A stretch of 64,000 nucleotides of DNA from an uncultured Gemmatimonadales bacterium (GTDB taxonomy: Bacteria; Gemmatimonadota; Gemmatimonadetes; Palauibacterales; Palauibacteraceae). Numbering within the stretch: position 1 is the stretch's first letter; the number at the start of each line of letters is the position of its first letter. Location: assembly GCA_963783385.1 (NCBI GenBank), contig CAWANJ010000006.1, positions 64,001 through 128,000 of the forward strand, given 5' to 3'. The translations under genes were made by a program, and so were the position numbers. Of the stretch, positions 10,206-19,379 are shown piece after piece. The notes beneath the pieces were generated by a model, which saw only the letters and a list, made by a program, of their open reading frames with translations, did no database searches and had not been told where the DNA came from.

Positions 10206-11964
10206 ATGCAGCTGTCCGTCCGGCTGCTCCTCCTCGCCATCCTCCTCGGCGCCGCCGCCGGTCTCGGAGCCGTGGCGTTCCGAGCGCTGATCGCCCTCGT
10301 TCACAACGTGGCCTTCCTGGGCACCTGGTCGTTCAGCTACGACGCCAACAGCCACACGCCGGCGAGCCCGTTCGGCCCCTTCGTCATCCTGGCGCCCGTC
10401 CTCGGCGCGGTCGCGGTCGTCTACCTGGTGAAGAACTACGCGCCGGAGGCGAAGGGTCACGGCGTCCCCGAGGTGATGGAGGCCGTCTACTACGTGAAGG
10501 GGCACGTGCGCCCCATCGTCGGCCTGATCAAGTCGGTCGCGTCGGCCATCTCGATCGGCACGGGCGGCTCGATCGGTCGCGAGGGCCCCTTCATCCAGAT
10601 CGGCGGATCTCTCGGCTCGACCCTGGGCCAGATCTTCAACGTGCCGGTGTGGGAGCGCATCACGCTGGTGGCGGCCGGCGCCGGCGGCGGTATCGCGGCG
10701 GCGTTCAACACGCCGATCGGGGGGATCCTGTTCGCCATCGAGATCCTCATGCACGAGGTGAGCGTCCGGACGCTCGTCCCGGTGGGGCTGGCGACCGTGA
10801 CCGCCACGTACGTGGCGCGGCTGTTCTTCGGGCCCAACCCGTCCTTCGTCATCCCGAGCCTGGTGAGTTCGTCCTTCCACCTCACCGCCCCCGTGTCGAT
10901 CCTGGCGTTCATGGGCCTCGGGATCGTGACGGGCGGGGTGTCGGCCGCCTACATCAAGACGCTGTACGGATTCGAGGACTTCTTCGAGAAGCGCATCAAG
11001 TCCAGCTACTACCTGCGGCACACGCTCGGCATGCTGGGCGTGGGCCTCACCATGTACCTCTCCTATCGGTTCCTGGGCCACTACTACGTGGAGGGCGTCG
11101 GCTACGCGACGATCCAGGACATCCTCCAGGGTTCGTTCGGGCCCATCCTCATCCTCCTCCTCCTGGCGGCGCTCAAGCTCCTGGTCACCGACCTCACGCT
11201 GGGCTCGGGCGCGTCCGGCGGGGTGTTCTCGCCGGGCCTGTTCATGGGCGCCACGGTCGGGGCGTCCTACGGTATCGGACTCCAGTGGCTGTTCCCGTCC
11301 CTGGCGGTCGGGCCGGCCGCCTTCGCGGTGGCGGGCATGGCGGGCGTGATCGGCGGCTCGACGGGAGCCGCGATGACCGCGATGGTGATGATCTTCGAGA
11401 TGACCCGCGACTACGCGGTCATCATCCCCATGACCATCACGGTGACCCTGAGCTACGCGGTGCGCTGGGCCATGCAGCCCGAGAGCATCTACACGCTCAA
11501 GGTGGCCCGCCGCGGGAAGCCTCGTGCCCCAGGCCCTGCAGGCCAATTTCTTCTATATCCGCCACGCCCGGGACATCATGACCACCAATCTGGGCACCGT
11601 GTCGCCGTCGACCCCCTTCGCACGCTTCCTGCGCTCCGTTCGGGAGCATGGGAACGGACGTTACTTCCTGGTGGGCGATCCGGACCGCGTGTTCGGGCTC
11701 ATCGCTCCCGATGCGGTGCGCGACGCGCTCGCCGGGACCGTCCCCGCTCGCAGCGTGCACGACCTGACCATGCGGGACTACGTGACCGTCGCCGATGACA
11801 CGACCGTGTTCGAGGTGCTCACGCGTATGCGCAGGGCGCACGTGTCGGTCGCCCTGGTGAAGACGAGCTGCCAGGACCCGACCCGCGGGACCGTGATCGG
11901 CGTCATCACCAAGGAACAGCTGGCCGACACGGTGCAGGCGGGCGTCGAGCTCTTCGCCGACTGA
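10206..11964 (+). CDS. CLC-family Cl-/H+ antiporter with C-terminal CBS domains (frameshift near 11520)
   Basis: GHGVPE, GREGP, AAFNTPIGG, GGVFSP motifs; the CBS pair continues in ORF 11524..11964. Confidence 0.88.
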
Positions 11965-11979
11965 CCACAGGAGGACGAG

Positions 11980-12375
11980 ATGAAGGACGTGAGCTACGGA
12001 GCGCGCAAGGTGCTCCCGGGCGTCGACTTCGACGAAGCCGTCGCCCGCGTGGAGGAGGCCCTGGGCGAGGAGGGCTTCGGAGTGCTGACCCGCATCGACG
12101 TGAGGGCCACCCTCAAGAAGAAGCTGGACGTGGACTTCAAGCGCTACGTGATCCTGGGCGCGTGCAACCCGCAGCTGGCACACCGGGCGCTGTCGGCCGA
12201 TGACGACATCGGGCTCCTGTTGCCGTGCAACGTGGTCGTGGCCGAGACGGCGGAGGGCTCCGAAGCCTCCTACGCACGGCCGGAGGCCATGCTGTCCATG
12301 GCCGGGGTGCCGGAGATAGAGCCGGTGGCCCGGGAGGCCGAGGAGAAGCTGGCGAAGGCGTTCAAGCGACTCTGA
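11980..12375 (+). CDS. DUF302-family protein
   Basis: GFGVLTRIDVRATLKKKL, YVILGACNP, IGLLLPCNVVV; AGGAGG RBS. Confidence 0.88.
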   Translation: MKDVSYGARKVLPGVDFDEAVARVEEALGEEGFGVLTRIDVRATLKKKLDVDFKRYVILGACNPQLAHRALSADDDIGLLLPCNVVVAETAEGSEASYARPEAMLSMAGVPEIEPVAREAEEKLAKAFKRL

Positions 12376-12396
12376 GCGGCAGGGGACGCCCGTCCC

Positions 12397-12792
12397 TCAG
12401 GCGAGCGGGCACCGGGCCTGGAGCGCCAGGACGTTGTCGTCCGGGTCGCGGAAGAAGGCCATCCACAGCTCGTGGTCCTCGGCCCGGTGGACCCGGTGCG
12501 GCTCGCCCAGGAAGACGACGCCGCGCTCGGCCAGCACGCGGTAGGCCGTGTCGATGTCGTCGACCTCGAAATAGAGCACCGATGAAGGGTGGTCGAAGTC
12601 GGGGCTCTCGGGCGCGGACAGCATGAGCTGGAGGTCCCCGCAGCGGAGGAAGGCGAGGCCGGGCGGGGCCCGGAACAGGAGCTGGAGTCCCAGGGCGTCG
12701 CGGTAGAAGTCCACCGAGGCGTCCACATCGCGCGCTCGCACCGCCACCTGTGCGATCCCCCGAATCCCGAAATTGGCCCCCGGCTGGTCCAT
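12397..12792 (-). CDS. VOC/glyoxalase-family protein
   Basis: IAQVAVRARDVDASVDFYRDALGL, LYFEVDD, FFRDPDDNVLAL. Confidence 0.9.
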   Translation of the reverse strand: MDQPGANFGIRGIAQVAVRARDVDASVDFYRDALGLQLLFRAPPGLAFLRCGDLQLMLSAPESPDFDHPSSVLYFEVDDIDTAYRVLAERGVVFLGEPHRVHRAEDHELWMAFFRDPDDNVLALQARCPLA

Positions 12793-12853
12793 GCTCCGCT
12801 CCTGGCGTCCCCGCCGGCGGGTCCGACGCCGCCCTGGCGCCGCCCGCTCGGGG

Positions 12854-12905
12854 TTGAACTGTTTAGTTGCTCTAACTAAGTTAATCGACGGAATGGACGC
12901 GTCAA
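12854..12905. promoter_or_regulatory. Overlapping divergent promoters with a MarR-type operator TTAGTT-N5-AACTAA (12863-12879)
   Basis: AT-rich patch with a perfect inverted repeat; + strand TTGAAC-N17-TAAGTT; - strand TTGACG-N16-TAACTT. Confidence 0.7.
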
Positions 12906-13417
12906 GGGGAGCCGTGGCGGCCACGATGGCGGACGAAGCACGCGAGGTGTCGGGAGAACGGGCCCAGGTGGCCACCCGTCTTCACGCGGCGGCCCTCCAC
13001 CTCCTCCGCCGGCTGCGCACGGAGGACGTGACCAGCGGTCTCAGCGGCTCCCGCCTCTCCGCCCTCTCGGTGCTCGTGTTCGGCGGGCCCCGCAGCGTGG
13101 GAGAGCTGGCCGACGTCGAACAGGTGACCGCTCCCACCATGAGCCGGCTGGCCAGCGCCCTCGAGGAGGCGGGGCTCGTCCGTCGCGAGGCCGACCCCGG
13201 AGACGGACGTCGCGTGCTGCTGCGGGCCACCCGCGCGGGCGAGCGCCTCCTGCTCGAAGGCCGTCAGCGGCGCGTCGAGGAGCTGGTGGAGATCCTGGGC
13301 TCCCTGGGCGATACGGAGTGGCGCGCGCTCGGTCGCGCCGCCGAGATCCTGGAAGGGGTCCTCCGGGAGGAGGGTTCCCGGAGGGGCGAGGCAGGGACCG
13401 GAAGCCCGGGAGCCTGA
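12893..13417 (+). CDS. MarR-family transcriptional regulator
   Basis: LSGSRLSALSVL, ELADVEQVTAPTMSRL, DPGDGRRVLL; start could be 12926. Confidence 0.9.
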   Translation: MDASRGAVAATMADEAREVSGERAQVATRLHAAALHLLRRLRTEDVTSGLSGSRLSALSVLVFGGPRSVGELADVEQVTAPTMSRLASALEEAGLVRREADPGDGRRVLLRATRAGERLLLEGRQRRVEELVEILGSLGDTEWRALGRAAEILEGVLREEGSRRGEAGTGSPGA

Positions 13418-13501
13418 CGGGAGCAGGCCTCTCCGGACCCGCCGGGCTGCGCTCCGCGACCGCGCGGAGCGCCCGGCGCCCTCCCCGGTGTGCGGCGTCG
13501 C

Positions 13502-14725
13502 TCAGCCGCCCACGGCCCGACCGGGACGCGATCCGGTCAGGGCGGAGGGCAGCTTCGCCCGGCCGATCGAGTCAGCGACCCCGTTGTCCGGGAGCGCCCG
13601 GTAGCCGGGCGGCTCGAACGGGCAGAACGGGTCCTCGCCGAGCGGGTCACCGGACACCGCGAAGGCCCTCGCCCGACTGCCGCCGCAGGCCATGCGGAAC
13701 GGGCAGATGCCGCACTTCCCGTGCAGCGCCTCGGGGTCGCGCAGGGACCGGAACAGGACGCTGTCGCGGTAGAGCTCGACCAGGGAGCGCTCGCGCACGT
13801 TGCCGGCCGACAGGGACAGGAAGCCGGACGGGAACACCTCCCCCGTGTGGCTGATGAACACGAAGCCGTTCCCGTCGCCCGTCGACCCCAGCTCGCCGGG
13901 GCTTCCGTCGGCGGGCGAGGCGAGCCCGGACCTGCGGTCCTCGTTCTCGATCTGGCGGCCGATCCTCCGGTAGAAGGGCGCCTCCACGGTCACGACCTTG
14001 AAGGCGGCGCGGCGCTGACGGCGATACAGCCAGCGGAGGAGCGCCTCGGTCTCGCGCGGGCCGAGCGGCTCGAGCACCGAGCCCCGGCCCACCGGCACCA
14101 GGAAGAAGAGCTCCCACGCCACGGCGCCCAGCGACTCCACCAGGTCGGCAATGTAGCCCATGTCGCCGGCGTTGGCGCGCGTCACGGTGGTGTTGAGCTG
14201 GATCGGGAGCCCTACCCGGCGCGCGGCCTCGGCGGCCCGCATGACCACGTCGTAGGAGCCCGGCTGGCCACGGAAGGTGTCGTGCGCCACGCTCCGGGAG
14301 CCATCCAGGGACAGGGCCATGCGGACCACTCCCACGTCCTTGAGCTGCGCGATGACCTCGTCGGTGAGGTCCGGCGACGGGGCGGGCGTCACGGCCATGT
14401 TGAGCCCGAGGTCCCCACCGTAGGCGATCAGCTCGAACACGTCGTCGCGGGCCAGGGGATCCCCGCCCGAGAGGACGACCACCGGTGGCCTCGGCGTGAA
14501 CGCCCGGACCTGCCCGAGCACGTCCTTCGCCTCCTCGGTGGTGAGCTCGTTCGGGTGCGGGAAGGGCTGAGCCTCGGCCCGGCAGTGCACGCACTTGAGC
14601 GGGCACGCCTGCGTGAGCTCCCAGGTCAGGACGACCGGCGCCTCGGCGTAGTACCTTCGCATGGCCCTGGGCCCGGCGGTGGCGCGCTCGGGATGTGCCA
14701 GATCGTGTCCGTTAGGCCTCTCCAT
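13502..14725 (-). CDS. Radical SAM/SPASM protein (NirJ/AhbD-like)
   Basis: WELTQACPLKCVHCRA (CxxxCxxC), SGGDPL, SLDG, FFLVPVGRG; C-terminal GKCGICPFRMACGGSRARA...DPFC. Confidence 0.88.
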   Translation of the reverse strand: MERPNGHDLAHPERATAGPRAMRRYYAEAPVVLTWELTQACPLKCVHCRAEAQPFPHPNELTTEEAKDVLGQVRAFTPRPPVVVLSGGDPLARDDVFELIAYGGDLGLNMAVTPAPSPDLTDEVIAQLKDVGVVRMALSLDGSRSVAHDTFRGQPGSYDVVMRAAEAARRVGLPIQLNTTVTRANAGDMGYIADLVESLGAVAWELFFLVPVGRGSVLEPLGPRETEALLRWLYRRQRRAAFKVVTVEAPFYRRIGRQIENEDRRSGLASPADGSPGELGSTGDGNGFVFISHTGEVFPSGFLSLSAGNVRERSLVELYRDSVLFRSLRDPEALHGKCGICPFRMACGGSRARAFAVSGDPLGEDPFCPFEPPGYRALPDNGVADSIGRAKLPSALTGSRPGRAVGG

Positions 14726-14872
14726 CGCCTCGCTCCCCTTGGTGCTCGTGACGGTCCGCTAGTCTACGCCCTCATAGATGCCGTCCGGGCCGCGCAGCCG
14801 GTATAGGCATCAAGCCAACAGGACGCGTGGGGAGAAGACCCGACACCCTGTGGTGGGGATCCCCCGGCCCCG

Positions 14873-14889
14873 GTAGGGCGGAGCCCTAC
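14873..14889. promoter_or_regulatory. Palindromic candidate operator GTAGGGC-N3-GCCCTAC
   Basis: Perfect 7-3-7 inverted repeat in a divergent intergenic region, with related GTGGGG...CCC copies nearby. Confidence 0.45.
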
Positions 14890-15023
14890 GCCACCGGACC
14901 GGAGAGACGCGTGCATCTTCCCCGAGGGCCGGACCCCGCGCGGCGTCGGACTTGCGTGGCCAGCATCCTTCGTAGATTGATCCCTGCGCCGGCTGCCCAT
15001 CCAACCGCTCCCGGAGGACGAGG

Positions 15024-16202
15024 ATGCGCTCGTACGACTACCTGATCGTCGGAGGAGGCATGACCGCGGATGCCGCCGTAGGAGGCATCCGGGAGGTCGA
15101 CCCGGACGGATCCGTGGGTCTGATATCGAGTGAGGAGGAGCCGCCCTACGACCGCCCCCCGCTCAGCAAGGGGTTGTGGAAGGGAGGCGCCGAGGAGGAC
15201 ATCTGGCGCACGGCGGCGACCGAAGGGGCCGAGCTCCACCTGGGGCGGCGGGTGGTGACCCTCGACCCGGAGAGCCACACGGTCCGCGACGACGAGGGTG
15301 AGACCTACGGCTACCGGCGGCTCCTCCTGGCCATCGGCGGGAGCCCCCGTCAGCTCCCCGGCGCCCCGGAGGACGTGATCCACTACCGGACCGTCGGCGA
15401 CTACCGGCGTCTGCGGCAGCTGGCCGACGAGGACCGCCGCTTCGTGGTGATCGGGGGTGGCTTCATCGGGAGCGAGGTGGCCGCGGCCCTGACGATGGCC
15501 GGCAGGGACGCCACGGTGGTCTTCCCGGAGAAGACGCTGTGCGCCCGGCTGTTCCCCACCGGGCTCGCCCGCTTCGTCACCGACCACTTCCGGGAGAAGG
15601 GCGTGACCGTGCGCGCCGGCGAATCGGTCACCGGCGTGACCCGGACGGGGGACGCCTACGAGGTCGCGCTCGGCTCGGGGGAGTCGCTCCGCGCCGACGG
15701 GGTGGTGGTCGGCATCGGCATCGTCCCCGAGACGGGCCTGGCCCGCGACGCCGGACTCGAGGTCGGCGACGGCATCGTGGTGGACGCTCACCTGCGCACC
15801 TCCGACCCGGACGTGTTCGCGGCCGGCGATGTGGCCTCCTTCCCGCACCCCGCCCTGCGGCGCCACATGCGCGTCGAGCACGAGGACGCGGCCAACACCA
15901 TGGGCCACCAGGCGGGTCGCAACATGGCCGGGACGGACGAGCCCTACGAGCACGTCCCCCTGTTCTACTCGGACCTGTTCGACCTGGGCTACGAGGCGGT
16001 GGGCCGGGCCGACAGCCGGCTGGACGTGATCGAGGACTGGCGGGAGAAGTATGACCAGGGCGTGGTCTACTACCTGGCGGACGACCGCGTCGAGGGCGTG
16101 CTGCTGTGGAACACCTGGGGCCAGGACGAGGCGGCCCGGGGCCTCCTGTGCGACCGCTCGCGGGTGCTTCCCGGCGACCTGGCGGGTCGGCTTCCGGAGT
16201 AG
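15024..16202 (+). CDS. FAD/NAD(P)-dependent oxidoreductase (ferredoxin reductase/AIF-like)
   Basis: YLIVGGG, PPYDRPPLSKGLW, VIGGGFIGSE, TSDPDVFAAGDVA, RVEH, FYSDLFDLGYEAVG. Confidence 0.9.
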   Translation: MRSYDYLIVGGGMTADAAVGGIREVDPDGSVGLISSEEEPPYDRPPLSKGLWKGGAEEDIWRTAATEGAELHLGRRVVTLDPESHTVRDDEGETYGYRRLLLAIGGSPRQLPGAPEDVIHYRTVGDYRRLRQLADEDRRFVVIGGGFIGSEVAAALTMAGRDATVVFPEKTLCARLFPTGLARFVTDHFREKGVTVRAGESVTGVTRTGDAYEVALGSGESLRADGVVVGIGIVPETGLARDAGLEVGDGIVVDAHLRTSDPDVFAAGDVASFPHPALRRHMRVEHEDAANTMGHQAGRNMAGTDEPYEHVPLFYSDLFDLGYEAVGRADSRLDVIEDWREKYDQGVVYYLADDRVEGVLLWNTWGQDEAARGLLCDRSRVLPGDLAGRLPE

Positions 16203-16317
16203 GCCCCCGCGGGCCGGGCCGATCCGGCACCGGTTCCGGGCGGGCCGAGGGGCCCCTGGAGGCACTCCGGGATGCGTGCCCGGAGGTGAGGCGCGAGGCA
16301 CCGGCGGAGCTCGGTCC

Positions 16318-16460
16318 CGCTCCAGGGCGAAGTTGAAGTCGAGGCGCCGGTAGGCGATCATCCAGTACAGGACGATGGCCCGCTCCGGCCGGACGGGTCG
16401 GTCGACGTAGACGCGGAGGCGCTCCGGCGGCAGCTCGCCAGGCGGCCGCGCGTCCGACAT
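16318..16460 (-). pseudogene. 5' fragment of a class II-like DNA photolyase
   Basis: PPERLRVYVDRPVRPERAIVLYWMIAYRRLDFNFALER resembles a photolyase N-terminus; similarity stops abruptly after about 47 codons. Confidence 0.6.
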
Positions 16461-16534
16461 CAGGCGGCGCCCCCCGCGCGGCGGGCCGCCGGCTGGCCCC
16501 TTCGACTTCCAACCGATCCGTGCGGAGGACGCCC

Positions 16535-17134
16535 ATGCGCACCTCGTTCCCGAATCGTCTCGCCGGTGCCGTCGCCGTGGCGGCGATGCTCCTCCTCCCC
16601 GCCGCGCGCCTCGCGGCGCAGCAGGGAGCCGTCGAGCTGGGCATCGACAGCGAGATGGCCTACCACATCCTCAAGGGCAGCGGCAACGACATCTTCCAGA
16701 TGAGCCTGCCCCTCTCCAGCGGCGACCTGCCGCGCGCCCACAACGCGTTCCGGGTGGGCTTCTTCGCCTCCGACCGGGTGTCGATCGAGCCGTCGCTGAG
16801 CTTCGGCTACCTGAACCCGGCGCACACCGGCTACCGCTGGAACCTGGGCCTGGCCACGGTGCTCCAGTACCACCTGGTGACCGATCCCTCCCGCCTGCGG
16901 CCCTACCTGGGCCTGGGCGCCAACGTGTCGGTGTTCCATGAATATCCCGGCGTGGGTGACGGGATGACGTCGAGCCAGTTCGGCGTGTCGGGGGAGTTCG
17001 GCCTCAAGATCCCGCTCGCCGACCGGCTCGGCCTGCGGCTCGCGGGCGGCGTGGGACAGTTCTTCAGGAGCAAGACCTTCGTGAACCGGACCAGCGTGTT
17101 CGGGACCCTGGGAGTTTCCTACTTCACCAGGTGA
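16535..17134 (+). CDS. Small outer-membrane beta-barrel protein
   Basis: Signal peptide ending LAA-Q; alternating beta-strands, RPYLGLG, terminal LGVSYF. Confidence 0.75.
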   Translation: MRTSFPNRLAGAVAVAAMLLLPAARLAAQQGAVELGIDSEMAYHILKGSGNDIFQMSLPLSSGDLPRAHNAFRVGFFASDRVSIEPSLSFGYLNPAHTGYRWNLGLATVLQYHLVTDPSRLRPYLGLGANVSVFHEYPGVGDGMTSSQFGVSGEFGLKIPLADRLGLRLAGGVGQFFRSKTFVNRTSVFGTLGVSYFTR

Positions 17135-17469
17135 GGTCCGACGGGGGACGGACCGCCGGCCGGTGAGGCCGTGTCCGCGGAGCTCCTCAGGAGATCGTCC
17201 AGGAAGACCTTGAGCTCGTCCAGCCGCCCGGGCACCAGGGAGTAGTAGACCCAGCGACCCTCGCGCCGGTCGGCCACCAGCCCCGCGTCCCGGAGCGCCT
17301 TGAGGTGGAAGGAGAGGAGCGACTGGGCCACCTGCAGTTCCTCGGTGAGGTGGCCGACACACTTCTCGCCGCTGCGGAGCAGATCGAGGATCCGGAGCCG
17401 CTTGGGCTCGGACAGGGCCTGGAAACATCGGCCCATGTCCCTATCGGGCGCGGGCTCGTTCGGGACCAT
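17119..17469 (-). CDS. ArsR/SmtB-family transcriptional regulator
   Basis: FQALSEPKRLRILDLLRSGEKCVGHL, QSLLSFHLKALRDAGLV, RREGRWVYYSL. Confidence 0.9.
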   Translation of the reverse strand: MVPNEPAPDRDMGRCFQALSEPKRLRILDLLRSGEKCVGHLTEELQVAQSLLSFHLKALRDAGLVADRREGRWVYYSLVPGRLDELKVFLDDLLRSSADTASPAGGPSPVGPHLVK

Positions 17470-17504
17470 GCCTAATATTGTATTCAGTATGCAACCCGGG
17501 TCAA
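17470..17504 (-). promoter_or_regulatory. Sigma70-like promoter TTGACC-N16-TACAAT with an overlapping imperfect palindrome
   Basis: The -10 box ends 7 nt before the ATG at 17469; TTGCAT-N5-ATACAA overlaps the spacer and -10. Confidence 0.6.
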
Positions 17505-17534
17505 GCGGAGGCTGCGGTCGCCGTTGCGGCCCGC

Positions 17535-18242
17535 CTACGGCCGCTGGTTCTCCCGCACCTCCCTCAGGTCGGAACGCAGGTGGTCCAGCACGGCCCGGGA
17601 GGACAGATCCGCCATCTCCTCCAGCATGCGCTCGAAGTCGCTCACCGACAGCGTGTACAGCGCTCCGGCCGTCACCACGTCGCCGGGGATGTCGTCCCCG
17701 TGCCGGAAGCCGGGCGTCAGGGGGTCCTTCGCCGTCACCTTCGTGTGCCAGATCTCGCGGCCCGTCGCCCGATCCAGGAGGGAGACGGTGCCCTCCATGT
17801 ACAGCCGCGCCTGCGTCTGGCGGCGAGCGTCGATGGCCAACTGACGGACATCGAGCTCGAGCAAGTAGTCCGAGCTGTCCGCTTCCTGCACCGGCGCGGC
17901 GCCCAGGTAGCGGCTGGAGCGCTCGAGCAGCCGGGAGGCCATGCGCTTCGACACGTCGACGTGGGAGGCGGCGCTGTCCAGCCGGGCCCGCGCCCGCCGG
18001 CCCTCGATCTCCTTGGCCGCCCGCGAGCCCGCGTCGATCACGGCCGAGACCGGATTGTCGGACTTGAGGTCCACGCCCCCCATCCACAGATCCGGCCCGT
18101 ACGGAGCGTAGCTCACGACCGCGAGGCTGTGACCCGTGAAGTCGTACTCGGAGAGGTGCTGCGTGCCGCCGCAGCCGGCGACCGCCGACGCCAGGAAGGC
18201 CAGCGCGAGGGGGGCGAGGGAACGCATCGAGCGCGGGATCAT
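17535..18242 (-). CDS. Hypothetical lipoprotein
   Basis: Lipobox AVAGC after a hydrophobic stretch; GGAGG RBS; GC3-rich codon use. Confidence 0.65.
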   Translation of the reverse strand: MIPRSMRSLAPLALAFLASAVAGCGGTQHLSEYDFTGHSLAVVSYAPYGPDLWMGGVDLKSDNPVSAVIDAGSRAAKEIEGRRARARLDSAASHVDVSKRMASRLLERSSRYLGAAPVQEADSSDYLLELDVRQLAIDARRQTQARLYMEGTVSLLDRATGREIWHTKVTAKDPLTPGFRHGDDIPGDVVTAGALYTLSVSDFERMLEEMADLSSRAVLDHLRSDLREVRENQRP

Positions 18243-18276
18243 CACGATTCCTCCTTCCGTCCCGGGCGGACGGGGG

Positions 18277-19188
18277 TCAGGCCGTCGCCGCACCCAGCGC
18301 GGCGACCACCGTATCGTGGACGGGCGTCGGGACGCCGGCGTCACGTCCGAAGCGGGAGACGGCCCCGCTCAGGATCGGCAGCTCCGTGGGCCCGCCGGCC
18401 TCGACGTCGAGCACGAAGCTCGGCACCATGTCACCCGGCAGTCCCTCGATGAGCTCCATGGCGCGCCTCTCCTCGTCCGGCGGGAGGGCCACGCCTCGCG
18501 CCCGGCCCACGACGGCGGCTTCTTCCACTGCGCGCTCGAGGAGCAGGAGACCGAGCTCGGCCTCCCGGACCGGACCCACCGCCGTGCGCGCCAGGCCGCA
18601 CGCACCGGAGATGGCGGTGAGGAAGACGAGCTTCCTCCACAGGTCGACCTCGATCTCGGCCGAGGCCCGGGCGTCGGCGCCGGCCTCCCGGAACGTAGCG
18701 GCGATGCGCTCGGCCCGCTCGGAGAGCCCGCCCCCGAGCTCTCCCACCACCACGCGCCGGAAGGGACTCCGGCGCTCGATGACACCCGGACCGACCTTCG
18801 CCGCGCTGATCGTGGTGACCCCGCCCAGCAGCCGCCCGGGCGGAACGCCGCCCTCGAGCAGGCGGTCGGCGGCCTCGACGCCGTTGAGGAGGGGGAGGAC
18901 GTCGGCGCCGGCCCGGGCCAGCTCCGCGGCGGCGGGCGTCACCGAGGCCAGCGAGTAGGACTTCACGGTCACGAGCACGAGGTCCACCCGGCCGAGCTCG
19001 GATGGGTCGCCGGTGGCCAGGGGATGCACGGTGAAGGCGCCGTCGGGCGTGCGGACCTCCAGGCCCCGCTCCCGGAGCGCCGCCAGGTGCCGGCCGCGGG
19101 CAAGGAGCCTCACGTCATGGCCCGTCCGGGCCAGCTCCCCACCGTAGTAGCCCCCCACCCCTCCGGGTCCCAGCACCGCGATCTTCAT
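18277..19188 (-). CDS. panE: 2-dehydropantoate 2-reductase
   Basis: MKIAVLGPGGVGGYYGG, VTVKSY, PLLNG, LWRKL, PSFVLD..GGPTE, GVPTP. Confidence 0.88.
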   Translation of the reverse strand: MKIAVLGPGGVGGYYGGELARTGHDVRLLARGRHLAALRERGLEVRTPDGAFTVHPLATGDPSELGRVDLVLVTVKSYSLASVTPAAAELARAGADVLPLLNGVEAADRLLEGGVPPGRLLGGVTTISAAKVGPGVIERRSPFRRVVVGELGGGLSERAERIAATFREAGADARASAEIEVDLWRKLVFLTAISGACGLARTAVGPVREAELGLLLLERAVEEAAVVGRARGVALPPDEERRAMELIEGLPGDMVPSFVLDVEAGGPTELPILSGAVSRFGRDAGVPTPVHDTVVAALGAATA

Positions 19189-19379
19189 GTCGCCTCGCAC
19201 GCACGACCGGCCGGCGCATCCCGGGTCCGCCGCGCTCCAGCGGGGGGCCGCCGCCGACCTCATCGTCCGCAGGGACCGCGCCACGGGCACCCGGGGCCGG
19301 GCGGGTGCCGACCGGAGACGGAGGGCTTAACTTCTCGCCGCTCGCACCGGGCGCGGGCCCGGACCGTTCCCCCTGCCGG

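Noticed and set aside
11515-11530. Programmed frameshift between the CLC and CBS domains
   Set aside because: No slippery heptamer is evident, and many similar breaks in the window point to sequencing error
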